Below, one piece after another: positions 6,176 through 15,579 of a DNA stretch of 64,000 bases (positions are counted from its first letter, which is position 1; the number at the start of each line of letters is the position of its first letter). The notes under the pieces were generated by a model that was given only the letters and a program-made list of their open reading frames with translations, did no database searches and was not told the DNA's origin. The stretch is from contig DASXDE010000097.1 of NCBI GenBank assembly GCA_036490825.1, forward strand, positions 275-64,274. The letters are read 5' to 3'. The stretch is from Gaiellaceae bacterium. GTDB taxonomy: Bacteria; Actinomycetota; Thermoleophilia; Gaiellales; Gaiellaceae. The position numbers and the translations under genes were made by a program.

Positions 6176-7149
6176 GCGCCCGCGGCGCGCAGCGTGTCCT
6201 CGGCGGGCGGCGTCGGCACCGTCTGCAGCGCGTCTTCCACGACGTCCTCGGCGCGGAGCCGCTGAACCCAGAGCTCGGGGCGCACCATCAACCTGTGCGC
6301 GAGCGCCGGCACGGCGATCGCCTTCACGTCCTCGGGAGTCACGAAGTCGCGCCCGGCGAGCGCAGCCTTCGCGCGCGAGAGCTTGACGAGGGCGATGCTG
6401 CCGCGCGGGCTCGCCCCGACCGCGAGCCGCTGCGAGTCGCGCGTCGCCGTGACGAGGTCGACGACATAGCCCTCGATCGCCTCTGAGACGTGCACCTCCT
6501 CGAGCGCGCGCTGCATCCCGAGGAGCGTCGGTGCGTCGACCACCGGCTCGAGCTCGACCTCGTCGACGCCCCGCTCGAGCCGCCGCTCGAGCATCTCGAT
6601 CTCGTCCTCGCGCGCCGGATAGCCGATCGAGATGCGCACGAGGAACCGGTCGAGCTGCGCCTCGGGCAACGGATACGTCCCCTCGTACTCGATCGGGTTC
6701 TGGGTCGCGAGCACGAGGAACGGCGGCTCGAGCGCGTGCGTCGTGTTCTCGATCGTCACCTGTCGCTCCTGCATCGCCTCGAGGAGCGAGGCCTGCGTCT
6801 TCGGTGGCGCGCGGTTGATCTCGTCGGAGAGGAGGAGGTTGGCGAAGATGGGGCCGGGGCGGAAGACGAACTCGGTCGTCCGCTGGTCGAAGATCTGCGA
6901 GCCGGTCACGTCACCCGGCATCAGGTCGGGCGTGAACTGGATGCGCGCAAAACGGAGCGAGGTGGCCTGCGCGAACGAGCGCGCGATCAGGGTCTTGGCG
7001 AGTCCCGGGTAGTCCTCGAGCAGCACGTGGCCGTCGCTCAGCAGCGCGAGCAGGATCAGCTCCAACGGGCCGCGCTTGCCCACGATGGCCTTCTCGACCT
7101 CGGCGAGGATCGACTCCGCTCGCTCGCGCAGGTCGGCGAGCGCGCTCAC
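6172..7149 (-). CDS. MoxR-family AAA+ ATPase
   Basis: GHVLLEDYPGLAKT (Walker A) and LLSDEINRAPPKTQASLLEAMQE (Walker B region). The start was trimmed to the GTG at 7149, which overlaps the upstream stop (GTGA). The track's N-terminal extension is Arg/Ala shadow. Confidence 0.9.
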   Translation of the reverse strand: MSALADLRERAESILAEVEKAIVGKRGPLELILLALLSDGHVLLEDYPGLAKTLIARSFAQATSLRFARIQFTPDLMPGDVTGSQIFDQRTTEFVFRPGPIFANLLLSDEINRAPPKTQASLLEAMQERQVTIENTTHALEPPFLVLATQNPIEYEGTYPLPEAQLDRFLVRISIGYPAREDEIEMLERRLERGVDEVELEPVVDAPTLLGMQRALEEVHVSEAIEGYVVDLVTATRDSQRLAVGASPRGSIALVKLSRAKAALAGRDFVTPEDVKAIAVPALAHRLMVRPELWVQRLRAEDVVEDALQTVPTPPAEDTLRAAGA

Positions 7150-7661
7150 AGCGACTCCACCCGCTCGATCACCGCGACGACGCGCTTGCGCGGCACGCCG
7201 GGCCCATGGCGGTCCTCGGGCGCCGGCAGATCGGGACGCAGCAGCTCCCACGCCTCCGCACCGAGCAGGGCCTCTGCATCCTCGGGCCGTCGTTCGAGCT
7301 CGAACCCGTGCCGGGCGGCGATGCGCGCAGCAGCCGTGGCCCGGAGGAGGGGCAGGAGCCGACGATGCGCGTGATCCGCGTCCGCGCTCCCGAGCACGAG
7401 CTCCCGCTCCATCTGAAGGAGCTCCACCGGCTCCGAGTCCGCAGCCTTCCTGCCGCGTAGCGCCTCCTCGAAGCGGCTGGCAGGCCGCGTCCACCTGATC
7501 TCGCGGCGATGCCGGATGATCGCGACGAGGACGAGTGCGGTCACGAGCACGACCCAGATCGCGAGGGCGCGCGCCGTCGAGAGGCTCGGGATCGCGAGCA
7601 GCACGATCAGCGCGACGAGCGCGGCTAGACCGGTCCTCACGACCCGCCCGGCAAGCCTCAC
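7146..7661 (-). CDS. small membrane protein of the MoxR operon
   Basis: Two N-terminal transmembrane helices. It overlaps both neighbouring genes by 4 nt. Confidence 0.6.
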   Translation of the reverse strand: MRLAGRVVRTGLAALVALIVLLAIPSLSTARALAIWVVLVTALVLVAIIRHRREIRWTRPASRFEEALRGRKAADSEPVELLQMERELVLGSADADHAHRRLLPLLRATAAARIAARHGFELERRPEDAEALLGAEAWELLRPDLPAPEDRHGPGVPRKRVVAVIERVESL

Positions 7662-8536
7662 GCCGGAGTCAGCTCCAGGCCCGAGGCGCGAAGCTCGTCG
7701 CGCACCGCGACGAGCGCGTCGACCGCGTCGTCCCTCATCGACGGCTCTGGCTCATGGTGGCTGAACCTAGCCCATTCGAACAGATCGGTGAGCCTGCGCA
7801 CCGCTTCGGCGCTCGTGTCGAGGGAGAGGAGAGCCCGTTCGACGTACTCGAGCGGCGCCTCGGCAGGATGGCGGGGGATCCCGGCGGCGCCGAGGGCGGT
7901 CTCCATCCGCGCGTAGGCGGCGATGATCGCGCGGCGGAGGTCCGGATCGTTCCGCAGGTCGTCGAGCGACTCGTCGAGCGCTGCGGCGAGGACTTCGGGC
8001 GCGCTTTCGTGCGACGTCTCGCGATTCCGGCGCACGAGCCACGTGGCGATGGCTGCGCCGGTCGCGACGAGCAGACCGAGGATGATGAGGAGCTCGCCCC
8101 AGCGGAAGCGGACCGTGCGCGTCGAGGGGACGCCGTGGTGCGGCGTTCGAGGGTTGCCGGGCCTGCCGACGCCGTTCCCGGTCTCGGTGGCCGGGTGCTG
8201 GTGGAGATTGAGGTGCAGGTGCCTCAGGTGCTTCACGACGAGCAGCTCGAGACCGATGAAGACGGCCCAGGTGACCAGGGAGATGAGCAAGCTCTGCCAG
8301 TAACCGCGCTTCTTTCCCTGCTTGCGTCGGATGAGGGAGGCCGCGAACAGCCCGGCGAACAGGAGCGGGACGACGACGATGACGATCGTCGTGTACAGGT
8401 AGTCCCAGAACGAGCCGGGGAGCCCACCGTGCCCACCGCCCCCCGAGCCGAGAGGACGTCCGCGGGCCGCCACCGCGACGACCGCGAGCAGCAGCGTGAC
8501 GGCGAGCGCGAGGGGGACGAGGCGGCTCCGGCTCAC
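7658..8536 (-). CDS. DUF4129-like membrane protein
   Basis: Transmembrane segments plus a C-terminal ..AEAVRRLTDLFEWARFSHHEP.. motif typical of DUF4129 proteins found next to MoxR/DUF58. Confidence 0.7.
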   Translation of the reverse strand: MSRSRLVPLALAVTLLLAVVAVAARGRPLGSGGGGHGGLPGSFWDYLYTTIVIVVVPLLFAGLFAASLIRRKQGKKRGYWQSLLISLVTWAVFIGLELLVVKHLRHLHLNLHQHPATETGNGVGRPGNPRTPHHGVPSTRTVRFRWGELLIILGLLVATGAAIATWLVRRNRETSHESAPEVLAAALDESLDDLRNDPDLRRAIIAAYARMETALGAAGIPRHPAEAPLEYVERALLSLDTSAEAVRRLTDLFEWARFSHHEPEPSMRDDAVDALVAVRDELRASGLELTPA

Positions 8537-8601
8537 GGCGAGAGTGTCGCACCGCGACGCGTTCGGGCGTCCTCCGGGCTCGGCGTTATTCTCGACCTCC
8601 C

Positions 8602-11600
8602 GTGCCCGAAGCGCCCTTCGTCCATCTCCACGTCCACTCCGAGTACTCGATCCTCGACGGCGCCTGCCGGATCCCGGACCTGGCGAAGCGGGCGGCAGAG
8701 CTCGAGATGCCGGCCGTCTCGCTCACCGACCACGGCTCGCTCGCGGGCGCGGTGGACCTCTACAAGGCGGCCCGGGACGAAGGAGTCAAGCCCGTCCTCG
8801 GCTGCGAGGTCTACGTCACCGACGACCGGCACGCGCAGCAGAAGGGGCAGGCACATCTCACTCTGCTCGCCGAGACGAACGAGGGCTACGCGAACCTGAT
8901 CAAGCTCTCCTCGCTCGGTTACCTCGAGGGCTACTACTACAAGCCGCGCGTCGACTGGGAGCTGCTCGAGCGCCACGGCGCCGGCCTGATCGCGCTCTCC
9001 GGCTGCCTCTCCGGCCGCGTCTGCAAGGCGCTCGAGGAGAGCCGCGAGACCGACGCCGAGGCGGAGCTCGACCGGCTCGAGCAGGTCTTCGGACGTGACT
9101 GCGTCTACGTCGAGCTGCAGAACGCGCACCTCGAGGTCCAGCAGCGGATCAACCCGCAGCTCGTCGCGCTCGCCGAGAAGCGAGGCCTGCCGACGGTGGC
9201 GACGGGCGACGTCCACTACCTGCGGCACGAGGACGCACGCGCCCACGAGGCGCTGCTCTGCATCCAGTCCGGCGACTCGCTCAAGAACCCGAACCGCTGG
9301 CGGTTCGAGACCGACCACTTCTACTTCAAGACACCCGAGGAGATGGCCGCCGACTTCCCCGGCCGCGACGACGCCCTGCGGCGCACGCTCGAGGTCGCCG
9401 GGCGCTGCAACGTCGAGATCGAGCTCGATCGGATCCTGCTGCCCCGCTTCGACACGCCCGAGGGCCGCGACTCCTTCGAGTACCTCGTCGAGCTCGTCGA
9501 GGCCGGCGCCGCGAAGCGCTACGGCACCGTCACGCCCGAGCTCCGAGAGCGTCTCAAGTTCGAGCTGAAGACGATCAAGGAGATGGGCTTCTCCGACTAC
9601 TTCCTGATCGTCGCCGACTTCGTCGGTTTCGCGAAACGGAACGGGATCAGCGTCGGCCCGGGGCGCGGCTCGGCCGCCGGCAGCCTCGTCGCCTACTCGC
9701 TCGAGATCACCGACCTCGACCCGATGCGCTACGACCTGCTCTTCGAGCGGTTCCTCAACCCGGGCCGCAAGTCGATGCCGGACATGGACATCGACTTCGC
9801 CGTGGACGGCCGCGAGCGGGTCATCAACTACGTGCGCGAGAAGTACGGGCGGGACCGCGTCGCGCAGATCATCACCTTCGGCACGATGGCCGCGCGCGCC
9901 GCGGTCCGCGACGCGGGCCGCGTGCTCGAGCACCCCTACGGCGTTATCGACCGGATCGCGAAGCTCATCCCCGAGGGGCCGGGTCAGACGCTCGCGGACT
10001 GCCTCAAGCCGGGCGGCGAGCTGAAGCAGGCCTACGACTCCGACCCGGTGGCGAAGGAGGTCGTCGACCTCGCGCGGCCGCTCGAGGGCCTGACCCGCCA
10101 GGACGGGATCCACGCCGCCGCGGTTGTGATCGGCGCCGAGCCGCTCACGGAGATCGTCCCGGTGCAGCAGAAGGGCCGCGACGAGGAGGTCGTGACCCAG
10201 TTCTCCGGCACCGTGATCGAGTCGATCGGGCTACTCAAGGTCGATTTCCTCGGCCTCCGCAACCTAGACGTGATCGACAAGGCGGTCGCGCTCGTCCCCG
10301 GTCTCGACATCTCGACGATCCCGCTCGACGACCGCAAGACGTACGAGATGCTGGCGCGCGGCGAGGCGACGGGCGTCTTCCAGTTCGAGTCGTCGGGGAT
10401 GCGCGACGCCCTGCGCCAGGTCAAGCCGACCGTGTTCGAGGACCTGATCGCGCTCGGGGCGCTCTACCGCCCCGGCCCGATGGGGTACATCCCCGTCTAC
10501 GCCCGCCGCAAGAACGGCCAAGAGCGCGTCACGTATCCCGACCCGCGCCTCGAGCAGATCACCTCCCTCACCTACGGCATCTGCGTCTACCAGGAGCAGT
10601 ACCTCGAGATCGCGAAGCGGATCGCGGGCTTCACGCCGGCCGAGGCCGACGACCTCCGCAAGGCGATCGGCAAGAAGATCCACTCCCTGATGGCGTCGCT
10701 GAAGAGCAAGTTCCTCGAGGGCTGCGCCTCGACCGGGACGACGCCGTCGGTCGCGAACCAGCTCTGGCAGGACATGGAGCAGTCCCAGGACTACTCCTTC
10801 AACAAGGCCCACGCCGCCTGCTACGCGCTCATCTCGTACCGCACCGCCTGGCTGCGCGCGAACCACCCGCGGGAGTACATGGCGGCGCTCATCTCCTCCG
10901 TGATGAACACGAAGGACAAGGTCCCGTTCTACGTCGCCGCCTGCGACGAGCTCGGGATCGAGGTGCTGCCGCCCGACGTGAACGAGTCGCAGGTCGACTT
11001 CGCCGTCGTCGACGGGAAGATCCGCTTCGGCCTCAACGCGGTCAAGAACGTCGGCGAGGCCACGTGCCGCGCGATCGTGGCGGCGCGTGAGGAGGGTGGC
11101 CCGTTCGCATCGATCTGGGACTTCACCGAGCGCGTCGATCCGTCCGTCGCGAACAAGCGCTCGCTCGAGTCGCTCGTCGCCTGCGGCGCCCTCGACTCGA
11201 CCGGCGCCTCGCGCCAGGGGATGCTCCACGTCCTGGAGGACGCGCTCTCCTACGGGCAGAAGCAGCAGCAGGACCGGCTGCTCGGCCAGGCGTCGATCTT
11301 CGACCTCGGCGACTCGCCCGCCACGTCGTCACGCCATCACGCCTCGATCCCCGACGGGGAGTTCGAGAAGGCCGAGCTACTGCGGATGGAGAAGGAGAGC
11401 CTCGGCCTCTACGTCTCCGAGCACCCGCTCAGCGCGATCCGCGATCAGCTGCGGCGGCGCACCGACTGCACCCTGGTGGAGCTCGAGCGGCGGCGCGACG
11501 GCGAGACGGTGCTCGCGGGCGGCATGGTCGCCTCGCTGCGGAACACGACGACGAAGCGGGGCGAGCCGATGGCGTTCGTCCAGCTCGAGGACATGACCGG

Positions 11601-11988
11601 CTCGGTCGAGGTCGTCGTCTTCAACTCGACCTACGCGGCGGCGCGCGAGCTGCTCGTCGAGGACACCGTCCTCGTCGTCAAGGGGCGCATCGACCACAAG
11701 CAGCAGGGCGAGACGAAGCTCGTCGCGCTCGAGGTGTCGGCCTTCGCGGCGACGCCCGAGCGGCGCGAGGTCAGGCTCAAGGTCGACGCCCGCAGCGCGC
11801 CGGCCGGCGTGATCCGCGAGCTCGCGGGCTTGGTGCGCGACTTTCCCGGCGAGGCGCCGGTGTACGTGGACCTCGTCACCTCGCTCGGCCCCAGGTTGCT
11901 CGAGCTCGGTCCCGACTACCGCGTCGACCCGCAGCCGGACTTCTTCGCCTCGGTGCGCCACCTCCTCGGCGCGACTTCCGTCCAGTAG
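8602..11988 (+). CDS. dnaE: DNA polymerase III alpha subunit
   Basis: 1128 aa with an N-terminal PHP domain (FVHLHVHSEYSILDGA), polymerase core motifs and an OB fold. Confidence 0.95.
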   Translation: MPEAPFVHLHVHSEYSILDGACRIPDLAKRAAELEMPAVSLTDHGSLAGAVDLYKAARDEGVKPVLGCEVYVTDDRHAQQKGQAHLTLLAETNEGYANLIKLSSLGYLEGYYYKPRVDWELLERHGAGLIALSGCLSGRVCKALEESRETDAEAELDRLEQVFGRDCVYVELQNAHLEVQQRINPQLVALAEKRGLPTVATGDVHYLRHEDARAHEALLCIQSGDSLKNPNRWRFETDHFYFKTPEEMAADFPGRDDALRRTLEVAGRCNVEIELDRILLPRFDTPEGRDSFEYLVELVEAGAAKRYGTVTPELRERLKFELKTIKEMGFSDYFLIVADFVGFAKRNGISVGPGRGSAAGSLVAYSLEITDLDPMRYDLLFERFLNPGRKSMPDMDIDFAVDGRERVINYVREKYGRDRVAQIITFGTMAARAAVRDAGRVLEHPYGVIDRIAKLIPEGPGQTLADCLKPGGELKQAYDSDPVAKEVVDLARPLEGLTRQDGIHAAAVVIGAEPLTEIVPVQQKGRDEEVVTQFSGTVIESIGLLKVDFLGLRNLDVIDKAVALVPGLDISTIPLDDRKTYEMLARGEATGVFQFESSGMRDALRQVKPTVFEDLIALGALYRPGPMGYIPVYARRKNGQERVTYPDPRLEQITSLTYGICVYQEQYLEIAKRIAGFTPAEADDLRKAIGKKIHSLMASLKSKFLEGCASTGTTPSVANQLWQDMEQSQDYSFNKAHAACYALISYRTAWLRANHPREYMAALISSVMNTKDKVPFYVAACDELGIEVLPPDVNESQVDFAVVDGKIRFGLNAVKNVGEATCRAIVAAREEGGPFASIWDFTERVDPSVANKRSLESLVACGALDSTGASRQGMLHVLEDALSYGQKQQQDRLLGQASIFDLGDSPATSSRHHASIPDGEFEKAELLRMEKESLGLYVSEHPLSAIRDQLRRRTDCTLVELERRRDGETVLAGGMVASLRNTTTKRGEPMAFVQLEDMTGSVEVVVFNSTYAAARELLVEDTVLVVKGRIDHKQQGETKLVALEVSAFAATPERREVRLKVDARSAPAGVIRELAGLVRDFPGEAPVYVDLVTSLGPRLLELGPDYRVDPQPDFFASVRHLLGATSVQ

Positions 11989-12063
11989 TACTGAGAAATC
12001 CCTCCGGAGGGGGAGATCCAATTGGCGGAAGTTCCCGAAAGTTAGGAACGGAAGAAACTGCGG

Positions 12064-12261
12064 ATGGCTGCGGCACACGACATCATCGAGACGGAGCTCG
12101 ACCGCGTGGAGCGCTGGCGGACTGCCGAGCTCATGCGGGTGGGGTTCCCCGGCGACGACGCCGTCGCGCTGGCGGCCCGGCTCGACATCGATCTCCACGA
12201 CGCAATCGCGCTCGTCCAGCGCGGCTGCCCGCCGGAGCTCGCGATCCGGATCCTCCGCTAG
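12064..12261 (+). CDS. hypothetical small protein (65 aa)
   Basis: ATG-initiated ORF in the dnaE-lgt gap with high third-position GC. I cannot name a motif. Confidence 0.4.
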   Translation: MAAAHDIIETELDRVERWRTAELMRVGFPGDDAVALAARLDIDLHDAIALVQRGCPPELAIRILR

Positions 12262-12294
12262 CGCGCCGCTCGTCCCCTCGTCCGGGCACAATGC

Positions 12295-13212
12295 GTGTCC
12301 GTGACCGGCGTCGTCCTCGGCTACATCCCCTCGCCTTCCAGCGGCACGTTCAGCCTCGGGCCGCTGACGCTGCACATGTACGGCGTGATGCTCCTCCTGG
12401 GCATCGCCGCGTGCATCTGGCTGACCGGGCGCCGCTGGGTGAGCTGGGGAGGCGACTGGGATCTCGTGTTCCGCGTCGCCCTGTGGGGAGTGATCGCGGG
12501 CGTGGTGGGCGCCCGCGCCTACCACGACATCACGAGCTGGAACCAGGATCCCGCGATCCACCAGCACTGGTGGGGCTTCGCCGCGGTCTGGGACGGCGGC
12601 CTCGGCATCTGGGGCGCGATCCCGGCGGGCGTCCTGGCGGGCGCCGTCGTCGTGCGGCAGTCGGGGAACAGCGTCCGGCTGATGATGGACGCGGTCGCGC
12701 CCGGGCTCCTGCTCGCGCAGGGGATCGGCCGCTGGGGCAATTACTGGAACCAGGAGCTGTACGGGAGGCCGACCAGCCTGCCGTGGAAGCTGCGCATCGA
12801 CCAGGTGCACCAGAACGGGATCCAGGCGCGTTACCGGTCGACGGGCGAGTTCGGCTATTACCACCCGACCTTCCTCTACGAGTTCACCTGGGATCTGATC
12901 GGCGTCGGCGTCCTGCTCTGGATCGACCGGCGCTTCACGTTGCGGCGGCCGGCGCTCTTCGCCCTCTACGTCGCGTGGTACACGACCTTCCGCACGTTCG
13001 AGGAGATCCTGCGGATCGACCCGTCCAACTACTTCCTCCACATGCGGGTCAACTTCTGGGTCTCGCTCGGCGTCTGGGTGCTGGCGGTCGGGTTCTTCGT
13101 CTGGTGGCAGTTCATTCGCGATCGCGAGCGGCCGGAGAGGCCGTCCGTCCAGAAGGCACGGCCGGTGCCGAAGGGGCCGCGCATGACCGTCCCCAAGAGC
13201 CGCGTCCGGTAA
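12295..13212 (+). CDS. lgt: prolipoprotein diacylglyceryl transferase
   Basis: Polytopic protein with YGVMLLLGI.., the ..GGLGIWGAI.. region and GRWGNYWNQELYG (the Lgt signature). Confidence 0.85.
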   Translation: MSVTGVVLGYIPSPSSGTFSLGPLTLHMYGVMLLLGIAACIWLTGRRWVSWGGDWDLVFRVALWGVIAGVVGARAYHDITSWNQDPAIHQHWWGFAAVWDGGLGIWGAIPAGVLAGAVVVRQSGNSVRLMMDAVAPGLLLAQGIGRWGNYWNQELYGRPTSLPWKLRIDQVHQNGIQARYRSTGEFGYYHPTFLYEFTWDLIGVGVLLWIDRRFTLRRPALFALYVAWYTTFRTFEEILRIDPSNYFLHMRVNFWVSLGVWVLAVGFFVWWQFIRDRERPERPSVQKARPVPKGPRMTVPKSRVR

Positions 13213-13231
13213 CGGCACTAGGGTCCGGGAC

Positions 13232-14002
13232 ATGATCGTGCGGGAGCTCGAGCTCGACCTCGACGCGTTCGAGGGGCCGTTCGACCTGCTCCTGGCGCTC
13301 GTGCTCAAGGAGGAGCTAGACCTCGGCGACGTCGACCTTGCCGGCATCGTCACCGCCTTCCTCGAGCGCCTCGCCGAGAGGGAGGAGCTCGACCTCGAAG
13401 CCTGCGGCGAGTTCCTCGTCCTCATCGCCGCGCTGCTCGAGCTGAAGGCGCGCACGCTCTTCCCGGACGAGGAGGCGGAGCTCGCCGAGCTCGACCCGGA
13501 AGAGGCGGCGGAGGAGCTCGCGCGGCGGCTCGGCGAGTACCGGCGCGCCAAGGAGGCCGCGATCTGGCTGCGCGAGCGCCTCGCCACCGAGGGCGACCGC
13601 TACTTCCGCCACGGGCCGGCGCCGCTCGCGCCGAAGCTCTCCACGCCGCTCGCGCGGCAGGATCCCGAGGCGCTGGCGGCGGTGCTGCGGCTGCTCGCGG
13701 AGGACCCGCCCGAGGTCTCCCTCTCGCACATGGCTCTCCGCTTCCCGCCCGTGTCGCAGTTCCTCGAGCGGTTTCGCGCCGTGCTCGGCCGGCGCTCACG
13801 CTTCGACTTCGAGGCCGAGGTGCAGGAGCTGACGCGGCTCGAGCAGGCGTCGGCCTTCCTCGCGCTGCTCGAGCTGCGCCGCGCGGGCGAGCTCGCGATC
13901 GAGCAGGCCGCGCCGTTCGCGCCGATCCGCGTGAGCCGGCTCACGAAGGAGAACTCCGCCCAAGAAGAAAGGACCGCAGCATGGACCGTCCGCTCCGCCT
14001 GA
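13232..14002 (+). CDS. scpA: segregation and condensation protein A
   Basis: FEGPFDLLLALVLKEELDL is the N-terminal kleisin motif. It is followed by an overlapping scpB. Confidence 0.85.
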   Translation: MIVRELELDLDAFEGPFDLLLALVLKEELDLGDVDLAGIVTAFLERLAEREELDLEACGEFLVLIAALLELKARTLFPDEEAELAELDPEEAAEELARRLGEYRRAKEAAIWLRERLATEGDRYFRHGPAPLAPKLSTPLARQDPEALAAVLRLLAEDPPEVSLSHMALRFPPVSQFLERFRAVLGRRSRFDFEAEVQELTRLEQASAFLALLELRRAGELAIEQAAPFAPIRVSRLTKENSAQEERTAAWTVRSA

Positions 14003-14583
14003 TCCCCACCGATCCGCTGGACACGCTCGCCCGGACGCTCGAGGCGCTGCTCGTTGTCGCCTCCGCGCCGCTCTCGATCGAGGAGCTCGCGGCGGCGGCG
14101 GACGACGCTCCGGAGCGGGTGGAGGACGCGCTACGGCTCGTCGGCGAGCGTTTCGCCGAGGAGCGGAGCGGCATCGTGCTCGAGCACGTGGCCGGCGGCT
14201 GGGCGTTCCGCGCGGGGCGCGGGCAGGCGGCAGCGTGCGCGCGCCTGTTCGAGCGGCCCGCGCAGCGGAACCTCTCCCAGGCGGCGCTCGAGACGCTCGC
14301 GATCGTGGCGTACCTCGGCCCGTGCTCGCGGCCGGACATCGCGCGGATCCGCGGCGTCGCCGCCGACTCCGCCGTCGCAAACCTCCTGGAGCGCGGCCTG
14401 ATCGCGGAGGCGGGCCGCGACAACGCCGCCGGCGGCGCTGTCCGCTACCGCACGACGCCGCTCTTCGAGCGCGTCTTCGGCCTCGAGAGCCTCTCGGAGC
14501 TGCCGCGCCTCGACGACATCGGCACCGACGAGGCGGAGATCCGGGACCGCCTCCACGCGGTCGCCGAGAAACGCAGCGCCTAG
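13981..14583 (+). CDS. scpB: segregation and condensation protein B
   Basis: LEALLVVASAPLSIEEL.. and ..LETLAIVAYLGPCSRPDIARIRGV.. are the winged-helix repeats of ScpB. Confidence 0.85.
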   Translation: MDRPLRLIPTDPLDTLARTLEALLVVASAPLSIEELAAAADDAPERVEDALRLVGERFAEERSGIVLEHVAGGWAFRAGRGQAAACARLFERPAQRNLSQAALETLAIVAYLGPCSRPDIARIRGVAADSAVANLLERGLIAEAGRDNAAGGAVRYRTTPLFERVFGLESLSELPRLDDIGTDEAEIRDRLHAVAEKRSA

Positions 14584-14587
14584 CCCG

Positions 14588-14878
14588 TTACAGCTTCTTG
14601 ATGATGTCTTCCGCCTCGTCGCGGGTGAACGCGCGGAGCGTCTCGGTCTGCTCGGCGCCGTGGTGGCTGAGCTTCGTCACGATCTCGAGGGCCACCTCGT
14701 CGTCGGGCGCCTCGAAGACCTCGACCACGTCGTAGCGGCCGAGCGTCACCCAGACGCCGACGAGCTTCCCGCCTGCTTCCTCGATCTCGCGCTCGCCGTC
14801 CTCGACCCGGTCGCGCCAGGCCGGGAGGCCCATGCGTCCCTGCGAGGTCCAGCGCATGAGCGAGATGTAGTGCGGCAC
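14588..14878 (-). CDS. GYD-domain protein
   Basis: MPHYISLMRWTSQG.. N-terminus, 96 aa, with the GYD-family pattern (..GRYDVVEVFEAPDD..). Confidence 0.7.
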   Translation of the reverse strand: MPHYISLMRWTSQGRMGLPAWRDRVEDGEREIEEAGGKLVGVWVTLGRYDVVEVFEAPDDEVALEIVTKLSHHGAEQTETLRAFTRDEAEDIIKKL

Positions 14879-14895
14879 CCCCGTATCTTCCCAGG

Positions 14896-15579
14896 ATGCG
14901 ATTGAACGCGTTCCTCGCCAGGGCGGGAGTCGCCTCGCGCAGGCGCGCCGACGAGCTGATCAAGGCCGGCCGCGTCACCGTCGACGGGGAGCCGGGTCAG
15001 CTCAACACCGTCGTCGGCGCGCATGCCCGGGTCGCGGTCGACGGCCGGGAGGTGGCGCGGCAGCGGCTCGCGTACGTCCTCCTGCACAAGCCGGCCGGCG
15101 TCGTCACGACGGCGCGCGACCCGCACGGACGGCCGACGGTCGTCGAGCTCGTCCCCTCCGAGCCGCGCGTCGTCCCGGTCGGAAGGCTGGACGCGGACAC
15201 GACGGGAGCGCTTCTGCTCACGAACGACGGCGAGCTCGCGCACCGGCTCGCGCATCCCCGCTACGGCGTCGAGAAGACCTACGTCGCCGAGGTCGAAGGA
15301 GACCCGGTCGAAGACGCGCTGCAGCGGCTACGCGACGGGGTCGAGCTGGACGACGGCCGTACCGCGCCGGCCCGAGCCCGTCGGCTCGGCCCAGGCCAGG
15401 TCGAGCTCGTCCTTCACGAGGGGCGCAAGCACCAGGTCAAGCGGATGCTGGCCGCGGTGGGACACCCGGTGACAGGCCTCCACCGCAGCGTCTACGCGGG
15501 GCTGACGCTCGAGGGGCTCGAGCCCGGCCGGTGGCGCGAGCTCGAGCCCCGTGAGGTCGACCGGCTACGAGCCGGCTAG
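14896..15579 (+). CDS. rluB: pseudouridine synthase (RsuA/RluB family)
   Basis: N-terminal S4 domain (RLNAFLARAGVASRRRADELI) and the catalytic GRLDADTTGALLLTNDGEL motif. Confidence 0.85.
   Translation: MRLNAFLARAGVASRRRADELIKAGRVTVDGEPGQLNTVVGAHARVAVDGREVARQRLAYVLLHKPAGVVTTARDPHGRPTVVELVPSEPRVVPVGRLDADTTGALLLTNDGELAHRLAHPRYGVEKTYVAEVEGDPVEDALQRLRDGVELDDGRTAPARARRLGPGQVELVLHEGRKHQVKRMLAAVGHPVTGLHRSVYAGLTLEGLEPGRWRELEPREVDRLRAG

Noticed and set aside
11989-12063. Intrinsic terminator after dnaE (CCCTCCGGAGGG palindrome)
   Set aside because: The palindrome has no loop (effective stem of about 4 bp) and no following T-tract, so the evidence is too weak to annotate.
8533-13587. Very long antisense ORFs (8533..10113, 10264..11229, 11377..13587) opposite dnaE, lgt and scpA
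   Set aside because: They have Arg/Asp/Leu/Pro-biased low-complexity translations with no motifs. They are antisense to genes with unambiguous family signatures.
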